From Moritella sp. (lineage in GTDB: Bacteria; Pseudomonadota; Gammaproteobacteria; Enterobacterales; Moritellaceae), in NCBI GenBank assembly GCA_047628235.1, contig JBLHPA010000002.1, positions 2,070 through 66,069 of the forward strand: DNA of 64,000 bases. Reading direction: 5' to 3'. This document shows, piece after piece, positions 43,285-51,733 of the stretch; position 1 is the first letter of the stretch; every line of letters begins with the position of its first letter. The translations under genes were made by a program, and so were the position numbers. The notes below the pieces were generated by a model. The model saw only the letters and a list, made by a program, of their open reading frames with translations. It did no database searches and was not told the origin of the DNA.

Positions 43285-44205
43285 ATGATTAGAAACAAAC
43301 TCAAGCTTTTTAGCGTGTTTTTTTGTGTCTTTCTACTAACTGGCTGCGAGCTAGTTAGATGGAAGATCGATAATGATGAAGGCAGTTTAAAAGATGCGGG
43401 ATTTGCACAACACGGTTTGTCTCTCAACGAAGGCGGAACGATTAACTACTGGCGTGGCGGGCAGGGTGAACCTTTACTACTTATCCACGGCTTCGGTGGC
43501 AGCGCCATATCTACTTGGAAAGCAGAAATGCTGGCATTGAGCAAAGATTACCAGATAATTGCTCCTGATTTAGCTTGGTTTGGCGACTCCTTCAGTGCCG
43601 GTGAAGCTAATCTCACCACGGAAACAGACGCTATCTGGCAACTGCTTGATCATCTTCAGATCAGTCGCACCAATGTTGCAGGTATCTCCTATGGTGGTTT
43701 CATCACTTTTAATATGATGAACAAACCAGAACGGATAAATAAAGCGGTAATTATTGCCAGCCCAGGTCCCTATTTTTCCGATCAAGATTTAGCCGAATTG
43801 AACCAGCGTTTTGCTGTTGACGCCGCCGAAGACTTTTTTGTTCCGAAGAATCAGCAAGAGTTACGTCGACTGTTTGACGGTATTTTCGTAGAGCCAAAGA
43901 TGATGCCCGATTTTATCGCGGATCAAATTTACCAAACCTATTTTGCCACGTGGCATAAACAGAAAATAGCCATGATCCAGTCATTACCTGCGGATCGAGA
44001 TATTCTGCTGCAGCAATCAACTAAAGACTTGCCACCCACCATGCTAATTTGGGGCGAACAGGATCGTATTTTCCCACTCGCCAATGGCATTGAATTAAGT
44101 AAAAAAATGAGTGCGCCAATCGTAGTGTTACCGAATACAGCCCACGGTGTAACCAATGAAAAACCTGAAGCCGTGGTTAATTTGATTAAAACCTTTATTA
44201 ACTAA
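43285..44205 (+). CDS. Alpha/beta-hydrolase lipoprotein
   Basis: LTGC lipobox, IHGFGG, GISYGG, WGEQD, TAHG. Confidence 0.85.
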   Translation: MIRNKLKLFSVFFCVFLLTGCELVRWKIDNDEGSLKDAGFAQHGLSLNEGGTINYWRGGQGEPLLLIHGFGGSAISTWKAEMLALSKDYQIIAPDLAWFGDSFSAGEANLTTETDAIWQLLDHLQISRTNVAGISYGGFITFNMMNKPERINKAVIIASPGPYFSDQDLAELNQRFAVDAAEDFFVPKNQQELRRLFDGIFVEPKMMPDFIADQIYQTYFATWHKQKIAMIQSLPADRDILLQQSTKDLPPTMLIWGEQDRIFPLANGIELSKKMSAPIVVLPNTAHGVTNEKPEAVVNLIKTFIN

Positions 44206-44278
44206 TATTTATTTGATGATTTTGTCCAAGCCATTTATCATCTAGCTATGAATTATAACGAGTAATAAAAATAAAATT

Positions 44279-45076
44279 ATGAGCAAAAAACACTACGTGG
44301 TATGGAAAGGGATTAAAACAGGGGTCTTTGATAACTGGCCTGAAGCCAAGTCCCAGATTGATGGTCGTGCTGATGCACAATTTATGGGTTTTCCATCCAA
44401 GGAGGAGGCTGAGCAAGCTTTTGCTTCTACCTATACCCGTGCGCTGATGAAACGCTCATTAGCCAAAGATGGCCAAGCCAATGCTGGTGTTGCTCCTAAA
44501 ACAGCGACAAAAGCTAAATCGGCTAACAAGTCAATCCTGCCAAAAACCACCCAGGTTGCTGATCTGAATATTTATTGTGATGGCGCTTGCTCACCTAACC
44601 CGGGTAAATCTGGCACAGGTATGGCTGTTTATGAAAAACAGACTCTCACGCAGCTCTGGTACGGTTTATACGAGGTGAACGGTACCAATAACTCCGCAGA
44701 ATTAAACGGGTTACTGGAAGCGTTTCGGTTCGCGGCACCTTATATCCAGCAAGGTAAAACCGTACAGGTACTGTCTGATTCAAGATACTCAATTGATTGT
44801 ATAACCAAGTGGGCTAAAGGCTGGAAAAATAAGGGCTGGACTCGTGGTAAAAATGAAGAAATTAAAAACCTTGCCATCATTCAGCAGTGTTTCGTTCTTT
44901 ATGAGCAATTGAAGAACAATCTGATTATTTCCCACGTCAAAGGGCATGCCAACATCGAAGGTAATGAGTTGTCAGACCGGATGGCGGTGCGGGCTCGCAG
45001 CACACACGAAAGCCAGTTTGTTCGTTACACTGCAACTATTGATATTAGTGCAATTCTGGCAATGCCTTCAGGTTAA
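44279..45076 (+). CDS. RNase HI with N-terminal hybrid-binding (Caulimovirus viroplasmin-like) domain
   Basis: YVVWKG..GVFDNW..F.SKEEAEQAF; YCDGA, TNNSAEL, LSDS, VKGHA..GNELSD. Confidence 0.9.
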   Translation: MSKKHYVVWKGIKTGVFDNWPEAKSQIDGRADAQFMGFPSKEEAEQAFASTYTRALMKRSLAKDGQANAGVAPKTATKAKSANKSILPKTTQVADLNIYCDGACSPNPGKSGTGMAVYEKQTLTQLWYGLYEVNGTNNSAELNGLLEAFRFAAPYIQQGKTVQVLSDSRYSIDCITKWAKGWKNKGWTRGKNEEIKNLAIIQQCFVLYEQLKNNLIISHVKGHANIEGNELSDRMAVRARSTHESQFVRYTATIDISAILAMPSG

Positions 45077-45164
45077 TGCTGAGGACTTACAATGCAAGAG
45101 ATTGTTTTAATTTACAAAGACTGTTTTTAAATTAGAAGGGCTGCTTTAAGCGAGAGGAAAAATA

Positions 45165-45536
45165 ATGAAACTGCTAAAAATATTAACGGTTACCTTCATA
45201 CTGCTTTGCACTAATTTTATTACTGCGCAAGCAGCTCAACTGCAATCTCGCGAACAAATCGCTTGGGACAAGATAGGCCAAGGCGCCCTGATTGTGGATA
45301 ACAGAACACCACAAGAATTTGCTCAGGGCCACCTTAAAAATGCAATTAATATTCCTTTCGATATTGCTGTCACGCAGTTTAAGCAATTAAACATTAGCCG
45401 GGATCAGGAAATTGTACTCTACTGCCGCAGTGGTAACCGCTCCAATAAAGCCTTCCAAAGCCTCATGCAGGCTGGCTATACCAAGCTGTACAACGGTGGT
45501 GGCTATCAGGCATTAATGTACAATAAAACAAAATAG
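45165..45536 (+). CDS. Periplasmic rhodanese (PspE-like)
   Basis: Signal peptide, DNRTPQEFAQGH, LYCRSGNRS. Confidence 0.9.
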   Translation: MKLLKILTVTFILLCTNFITAQAAQLQSREQIAWDKIGQGALIVDNRTPQEFAQGHLKNAINIPFDIAVTQFKQLNISRDQEIVLYCRSGNRSNKAFQSLMQAGYTKLYNGGGYQALMYNKTK

Positions 45537-45572
45537 CCGCATTCTATACTCATGATTAATTAAGCAGGCTGC

Positions 45573-45890
45573 TTAATTAATCATCTGACAGCCTTGCAAT
45601 AACAAGGCTGTGTTAACACTCGACTTGGCTTGATTATAATACGCATCTGAACCCGTGCTAATACTTTGTGACATAGACCCTACATCAGCTGAAATTAGCG
45701 GTGCTAATACCATTAATCCGGAAGCTGATTGTCGATCAGCTTCATAAGCGGAAAATGCTTTGCTTATTTCAACGCAAGAAAACGCTGCAGTACCTTGCTG
45801 CGACATATTATAAGCCTGAGATGAAGTTTCACAACCAGAAAGAGACACCAGAGAAGCGGCAAAAAGGCTCATAGCAATAGTCTTGTTCAT
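45573..45890 (-). CDS. Small hypothetical lipoprotein
   Basis: MNKTIAMSLFAASLVSLSGC lipobox; AAGGA RBS; two further Cys. Confidence 0.7.
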   Translation of the reverse strand: MNKTIAMSLFAASLVSLSGCETSSQAYNMSQQGTAAFSCVEISKAFSAYEADRQSASGLMVLAPLISADVGSMSQSISTGSDAYYNQAKSSVNTALLLQGCQMIN

Positions 45891-45986
45891 CAACATATCC
45901 TTATTTTGTATAGAAAAAATATTAATTTCTTCAGTATCGTTGATCAAGAGTATAGTAGATGAACATAAAAACGATGAGGATCCCAA

Positions 45987-46400
45987 TTAATCATCGTGTA
46001 AAGTTTTATACGGCCAATAAAAATGCCCAGCTCGGATCATAATAGTGGCCAGCGCTAAGATAAATGCGGCCAGCGACAGCCAAACAACATCGAGACTCGC
46101 CAACTCTTTCATACCCAGGGTGATATAACGAGCAATTGCCATGATGGCAATATAAATGGGATAACGAACAGGGATTTTACCGTTCATCACAAACTGTTGG
46201 ATCATCGCCAACACTTCCAAGTAAATGAACATCAATAGAATATCAGTCAATTTTACATGCGCTTCAATATACACATGGAAAAATTCATTAATCATGGCAT
46301 AGACAGTGGCTAAGGTTATTGCGACCAGCAAGATAGCCTCAAGAACACTAAATATTTTTAGAAAAATTTTACTGAATGCTTTCGGTAAGTGTGATGACAT
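45987..46400 (-). CDS. Phosphate-starvation-inducible PsiE family protein
   Basis: DILLMFIYLE..GKIPVRYPIYIAIMAIAR. Confidence 0.88.
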   Translation of the reverse strand: MSSHLPKAFSKIFLKIFSVLEAILLVAITLATVYAMINEFFHVYIEAHVKLTDILLMFIYLEVLAMIQQFVMNGKIPVRYPIYIAIMAIARYITLGMKELASLDVVWLSLAAFILALATIMIRAGHFYWPYKTLHDD

Positions 46401-46536
46401 AGCTGCTCCAAAATCCATTAATACAAGGGTTACTCATCCACTGAAACAACCCATTATTGATGAGTAATATACAAGGTATTGCCGAAAAATCATATTTTCC
46501 TATCGTCTCATTTACCAAAGGCGTAAGTGCGATCTG

Positions 46537-47427
46537 TTATTGCTGACGATACGCGGCAAACAAAGGCAATATCCAATCGATAAAAGCTTGTACCTTGGCC
46601 GGCAGAGGATTGCCTTTTGAGGTTAACAGGTAATAACGATAGGGACTTGTGAAGTTAGCTTCAAACGGGATCACCAAGCTACCCTCTTCCAATTGCTGCG
46701 CAACAAAGAAGCGTGGGATCAGGGCTACCCCCATACTACTTACTGCCGCCTGACTGAGCATATAAAAATGCTCCATGCCAAATTTTTTATCTGTTGTAAG
46801 ACTGATCCCCTGTGCACTAGCCCATCGATGCCATAATTCGGGTCGTGAGGTATGCTCTAGCAAAGTCATACTATTAATATCACCTAATGCCATCATCTTT
46901 TTGGCAAGCTGTGGCGAACAAACATAGCACAATTCCTCATCCATCAGTTTAATGAAATGGGCTCCCTCTGGTTCACAAGTCGCGCTACGAATAGCAATAT
47001 CACACTGCTGGAGAGTAAAATCCACTTCAAAATCGCCAATTGACAGATCCACATACAGATTAGGGTGGCATGACTTAAAATCCTCCAGGTAAGGGATCAG
47101 CCAACTTATAGTCAGGCTGGGCAAGACGTTAACAGCCAAACTTTGTGTGCGTACAGGCTGCATCATCACCTCATGGGTTGCACTATTGATGGTTAGCAAC
47201 GCAGTCTGAACATGCGCTAAATAATGTCTCGCTTCATCAGTGAGTACCAACTTACGGTGCTGCCTAATGAATAATGTGACACCTAGATATTGTTCCAACA
47301 ATTTAACTTGTTTACTGATCGCGCCATGAGTTACAAATAGCTCCTTCGCAGCTAGTGTAAAGCTCACATTGCGAGCCGCCGACTCAAACACACGCAATGC
47401 GTTTAATGGCGGTAAGTTAGGATACAT
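46537..47427 (-). CDS. LysR-type regulator (GcvA/AmpR-like)
   Basis: LPPLNALRVFESAAR..SFTLAAKELFVTHGAISKQVKLLE; GAGGA RBS before ATG 47427. Confidence 0.93.
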   Translation of the reverse strand: MYPNLPPLNALRVFESAARNVSFTLAAKELFVTHGAISKQVKLLEQYLGVTLFIRQHRKLVLTDEARHYLAHVQTALLTINSATHEVMMQPVRTQSLAVNVLPSLTISWLIPYLEDFKSCHPNLYVDLSIGDFEVDFTLQQCDIAIRSATCEPEGAHFIKLMDEELCYVCSPQLAKKMMALGDINSMTLLEHTSRPELWHRWASAQGISLTTDKKFGMEHFYMLSQAAVSSMGVALIPRFFVAQQLEEGSLVIPFEANFTSPYRYYLLTSKGNPLPAKVQAFIDWILPLFAAYRQQ

Positions 47428-47457
47428 AGTCTTCCTCGTGATTCGACAGCAATTTAC

Positions 47458-47472
47458 GTGAGAATATCTCAC
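47458..47472. promoter_or_regulatory. LysR T-N11-A palindromic operator
   Basis: GTGAGA-ata-TCTCAC between the divergent LysR and TSUP genes. Confidence 0.7.
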
Positions 47473-47556
47473 ACAAGAAGGAAGATAACTCCTTTGCACT
47501 CTGCATGCAAATAAGATTAAATTGCGCCATCAAATTATCTATGAGATTAAAAAATA

Positions 47557-48324
47557 ATGGCATTAGATTTATCTTTTCAGTTATCGCTAGAGATCGTTGG
47601 CGTACTTTTTTTAGTCGCCGTGCTTGCTGGTTTTATCGATTCTATTGCCGGTGGCGGTGGCCTACTTACCATCCCGGCGCTGCTTTGGGTTGGTATTCCT
47701 CCAACAGTGGCCTTAGCAACCAATAAGCTACAGGCCTGTGGTGGTAGCTTTTTTGCCAGCTATTATTTTGTGCGTAAAGGCATGGTAACCCTAAGTCAGA
47801 TTAAACTTGCCATCACCTGCGCATTTATTGGCGCAGCATTGGGGACTATTGCGGTGCAGTTAATTGATACCAGCATTCTCGAATTAGTGCTGCCATTTTT
47901 AATTCTCGCTATTGGGGGATATTTTTTATTTTCTAAGCAGATCAGTGACGAAGATAAACAGCAGCTCTTAGCGCCCACCGCTTTTGCTTTCACAGCTGCG
48001 TTAGGGGTGGGATTATATGATGGGTTCTTTGGCCCAGGTACAGGTAGCTTCTTCGCCCTTGCCTTTGTATCTCTGGCTGGATTTGGTCTGGCCAAGGCTA
48101 CGGCCCATGCCAAGGTACTAAATTTTGCCACCAATATCGCCTCACTGTTATTTTTCGCCCTCGGCGGTAAAGTACTTTGGGCGCTCGGCGGCATCATGTT
48201 ACTAGGGCAGGCCATTGGCGCAACGCTGGGCTCTCGCTTGGTATTAACCCAAGGGGTAAAGATAATCAAACCGTTAATGGTGACCATGTCGATAGCAATG
48301 AGTCTAAAGCTACTGCTTAGTTAA
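47557..48324 (+). CDS. TSUP/TauE family transporter (YfcA-like)
   Basis: AGFIDSIAGGGGLLTIPAL, ALATNK, YDGFFGPGTGSF. Confidence 0.92.
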   Translation: MALDLSFQLSLEIVGVLFLVAVLAGFIDSIAGGGGLLTIPALLWVGIPPTVALATNKLQACGGSFFASYYFVRKGMVTLSQIKLAITCAFIGAALGTIAVQLIDTSILELVLPFLILAIGGYFLFSKQISDEDKQQLLAPTAFAFTAALGVGLYDGFFGPGTGSFFALAFVSLAGFGLAKATAHAKVLNFATNIASLLFFALGGKVLWALGGIMLLGQAIGATLGSRLVLTQGVKIIKPLMVTMSIAMSLKLLLS

Positions 48325-48353
48325 GCTAGCCGTAACGGTTTTAACGCAGGGTG

Positions 48354-48662
48354 TTATACCGTGATCTGCCAGGCATTAGTTTGGGCTATTTGTTGCAGGT
48401 TACGGTCAAAACTTAGCAGCAGTGACTCAGCACAGCTGGATAGCTCAATGTAGGATTTAGCTTCTTCCGGAAAAGTGTGCACTGCAGCATGACTTTCCGC
48501 CAACAACCATAAGCAGGTATAACCCTGTGGCCGAAACTGATGCTCAACAAAGTTCAGCACAGTAAAACCACTTAATACCAAGTTATCCTGCAGGGATGTT
48601 TTAAGTAAAGCGCTGTCACAACAACTGATCCACCAGCGCTTATTATAAATTTTTGCTTCCAT
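48354..48662 (-). CDS. Minimal pyruvoyl-dependent S-adenosylmethionine decarboxylase-like proenzyme
   Basis: HQFRPQGYT..LLAESHAAVHTFPE (E|SH autocleavage site) ..IELSSC. Confidence 0.85.
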   Translation of the reverse strand: MEAKIYNKRWWISCCDSALLKTSLQDNLVLSGFTVLNFVEHQFRPQGYTCLWLLAESHAAVHTFPEEAKSYIELSSCAESLLLSFDRNLQQIAQTNAWQITV

Positions 48663-48725
48663 AATCGATTCTTATAACTCTATTTTTAGGATCCGAGCAA
48701 CTTAGATAACACTGGCTTAAGGTGA

Positions 48726-48807
48726 GTCAGTTAAAGTAAGGCTGCTGTTGCTGCAGCCCCAAGCCCCCATGGACGGGTTTACGGCGTGCAAGCCGTCTTT
48801 AACAGAC
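48726..48807. other. Structured palindromic element (four-way junction; REP-like or cis-regulatory RNA)
   Basis: Outer stem GTCAGTTAAAG/CTTTAACAGAC enclosing hairpins GGCTGC/GCAGCC, AAGCCC/GGGTTT and ACGGC/GCCGT. Confidence 0.6.
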
Positions 48808-48862
48808 ACAGCTAAATGTAACCAGATGCATCACAGATTTATCCCGTCCCATTCCTATAACT

Positions 48863-50671
48863 TTAATTTTTATAAAGCTCGGATTCAGTTTTCCAGGCGA
48901 GACGATTATAATCATACAAAACCCCAGAACCTATCCGATTAACCTCAATATCCTTAATCTGGTCAAAGAAGTTAGCGGGAAATACAAATGAAGCCAGCAG
49001 GTATTCACGGCTGATCCAATCCGATGCCACCGGCAGTATTGCACTTTCTGCAATACGCGTACTCGCAGGTTTACCAGCTATTGTCGCAATAGTCCAACCC
49101 CACTGGCCAAACGAAGGGATATTACGCTGATACTGTTCCACATGTAAAAAGCCCGCTTGTTTGACTGTCTTGCCAATACTTAAGAATGCTTTTTGGGCGT
49201 GATATGGCGACGTAGACTGAATAGCGAGCGCGCCATCAGCAGCCAATAACTGGCGCACCTGATTGTAAAAATAATCACTGTATAATTTATTCAGATCGGG
49301 ATGATTAGGATCAGGTAAATCAATAATGATGGTATCAAATTTAGCCCCTTTATCGAGCAACTGCTCAACCTGCAAAAATGCATCCGCTGGGTAGAGGGTC
49401 AATCGTGGATCTTGTAATGAATGATTATTTAATCGCAGCATACGCTGCCTGATCTGTTCAGGTGCGGCACGCCCCACAGAATCTGAGGTATCAGCACCAA
49501 ACAGTGCCAGTAATTCGGCATCCAGGTCGACCAGCGTTACCGCTTTAACCGGCCAGCGTAAGATATTGCGTAATGCCAGGCCGTCACCGCCACCAATCAC
49601 CAACACCTTGTCATGTCGGTTAGACGCCAACATCGCAGGATAAACCAATAACCCGTGATAGAGCTGCTCATCAACACTGGAAAACTGTAAATGGCCGTTA
49701 ATAAACAGATCGGTCACTGGCTCCGGTTGGTTTTTTAAATACCGCTCAGTCATCACCACATGCTGATACTTTGTCGATTGCGAGTAAATGACTTTATCTT
49801 TGTACAATACGCTGCTCAGTTGGGTTAACCAACCCGTGCCTAACGATAAAATCACGGCGAACAACAGCACTAACAACAGATGACAGAAAAATAATAATTT
49901 GGACCAGCGGATTTTTCGATGATAGCAACACAGAAATGCCAACCCCGCCAGAACATTAAATAATGCAGTCCAGGCAGCCGCTTCCATTATCGGCAGTGAC
50001 AGCATCACCAATACCCATACTGCGGCACCAATACCAGCACCAATATAGTCGGCACCGTAAATAGTACCGGCATTATTCTCTAAAAAATGGCCATATACTT
50101 GCTGCCGAACACGTGCGATCAACGGGATCTCCATGCCAATCAAGATCCCAAGAATAAGACCAAATACATAAGGCATAAATTTCGCTATTTTTTCGATCTT
50201 CTGCAGTACTTGACCATCGAGCACCACATTTTCGGGTAAATTAAAAGTGGCGGACAATAACTGCGGTAAACTATAACTAACCGCAATCATGCCGGAAATA
50301 AGCAAGATACAACTCATGCCCAGCAAAGCAATCAATGATTCTAGCCAGGCAAATGCCGTGAACGCATCTTTAAACCAACGCGCTAAAAATGCACCTATGC
50401 CCATTGCCACAATCATGGTACCGATCATGGCATAAATAGCACTCTCCACCGAACCGAGAACACGCCCTGCATAATGGGAGAGTAAGTATTCGTAGATCAG
50501 ACCACAGCCTGCCAACACGATCATTACAGCAATTAACAATGTATCCTGAAACCACAAAGTACGTTTGTGATGACTCGTTCGGTTATCCCTATCACTCGGA
50601 TCATTACTTTTGATAGGATCATTAGCGTCTATATGACTAACAGCACCACTATTTACAACTGGGTGTTCCAC
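48863..50671 (-). CDS. Membrane-fused polyamine aminopropyltransferase (SpeE-like)
   Basis: About 7 N-terminal TM segments (AGCGLIYE, GMEIPL, ADYIGA), then INGHLQFSS.DE..YH, VIGGGDG, VDLD, IIDLPDP, QSTSP, IPSFGQWG. Confidence 0.9.
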   Translation of the reverse strand: MEHPVVNSGAVSHIDANDPIKSNDPSDRDNRTSHHKRTLWFQDTLLIAVMIVLAGCGLIYEYLLSHYAGRVLGSVESAIYAMIGTMIVAMGIGAFLARWFKDAFTAFAWLESLIALLGMSCILLISGMIAVSYSLPQLLSATFNLPENVVLDGQVLQKIEKIAKFMPYVFGLILGILIGMEIPLIARVRQQVYGHFLENNAGTIYGADYIGAGIGAAVWVLVMLSLPIMEAAAWTALFNVLAGLAFLCCYHRKIRWSKLLFFCHLLLVLLFAVILSLGTGWLTQLSSVLYKDKVIYSQSTKYQHVVMTERYLKNQPEPVTDLFINGHLQFSSVDEQLYHGLLVYPAMLASNRHDKVLVIGGGDGLALRNILRWPVKAVTLVDLDAELLALFGADTSDSVGRAAPEQIRQRMLRLNNHSLQDPRLTLYPADAFLQVEQLLDKGAKFDTIIIDLPDPNHPDLNKLYSDYFYNQVRQLLAADGALAIQSTSPYHAQKAFLSIGKTVKQAGFLHVEQYQRNIPSFGQWGWTIATIAGKPASTRIAESAILPVASDWISREYLLASFVFPANFFDQIKDIEVNRIGSGVLYDYNRLAWKTESELYKN

Positions 50672-50720
50672 AATATACCTTTTCTATTTATTTATTATTG
50701 GCTATTCATTATTAACTAAT

Positions 50721-50783
50721 CAACTACTCAACTACTCAACTACTCAACTACTCAACTACTCAACTACTCAACTACTCAACTAC
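50721..50783. repeat. 8-bp VNTR (CAACTACT) x7.9
   Basis: Seven perfect units plus 7/8 of an eighth; overlaps the GGT AGT TGA end of the upstream gene. Confidence 0.97.
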
Positions 50784-51666
50784 CAAGCAGTGTGGCCATG
50801 GTTAAGCCAATAGCAAACGAGGTTGTTGCTGAAATAACCGCGACCCCAATATTTTTTTGTCGGATAACTTCATCCGCAATATCAACACCTGACAGAATAA
50901 CTTTAATGGTGATAAGGTGCAGTACTGCAAAAACTATCACGCTGACAACGGCAAAGAGTGCCCAGTAAACCAGACTCAAGCTGATGTTATTCGCTGCATA
51001 AGGTGCCAGTCCAGTCGCAGCTGTAATAGCGAGACCAGAGCCAATTAAGAAACCGGCATAGCGGATCCCAACAGCAAGATTATTGTCTAAAATAAGTTGT
51101 GGTAAAGAATCTCCGGTTTTCTTGAACAACTGCACAAGATATTTACTCACTAACAGCATAATAATATTGGCAATGACAAAGGCAGCTATAACTACTGGTA
51201 AACCATGCCAGCCTTCCGTTAATACCCAAAGCAGCGCTGAACGCACCACAATAGCCACTGCCACGATATGACCAAACTCAACAAATGATGCCGTAATATT
51301 TCCTTTGACAATCTCATCATGCAAACTCACTTGGCGTAAAGTCACCTTGTCCTGAAAAAAGTGCCCCGCTTTGATCAATGCAATTCCAACCAGGCCATAA
51401 CCGGCCATTTGCATCGCCTCTTGCCATAATGAATTAGCAAAATCACCGCTGGTAATGCCGGTTAATACAATTGCGAGTCCCGCTAATCCCGCCGCAAAAC
51501 TGATGCCAAAGGCAAAGTTATCCCGTTTTGCAATTTCATCGTTGGCGTGTAAATTAGACACCCAACCCTTGATCATTTTTAAGCTGACAAAAAGGGCAAT
51601 AATAATGATAAAATCAATGATCAATGCTTGCGTTGTCCACAAGGTCAAACCGTTAAATTCGTACAT
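50776..51666 (-). CDS. Tandem DUF350 polytopic membrane protein
   Basis: Four repeats of a (D)EI..xN.A.G-type motif (DEIAKRDNFAFG, DEIVKGNITAS, LILDNNLAVG, DEVIRQKNIGVA), about 8 TM segments. Confidence 0.85.
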   Translation of the reverse strand: MYEFNGLTLWTTQALIIDFIIIIALFVSLKMIKGWVSNLHANDEIAKRDNFAFGISFAAGLAGLAIVLTGITSGDFANSLWQEAMQMAGYGLVGIALIKAGHFFQDKVTLRQVSLHDEIVKGNITASFVEFGHIVAVAIVVRSALLWVLTEGWHGLPVVIAAFVIANIIMLLVSKYLVQLFKKTGDSLPQLILDNNLAVGIRYAGFLIGSGLAITAATGLAPYAANNISLSLVYWALFAVVSVIVFAVLHLITIKVILSGVDIADEVIRQKNIGVAVISATTSFAIGLTMATLLGS

Positions 51667-51733
51667 GCTAAATTCTCCATAACTGTTATATATTCCAGCG
51701 ACTGTGTATCGTGACTACAATTTGCCTCAACGA

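Noticed and set aside
48663-48862. SAM-I or SAM-II riboswitch, or the 64-aa + strand ORF at 48748
   Set aside because: Riboswitch consensus motifs are absent; the ORF is antisense with a TTG start and no clear RBS
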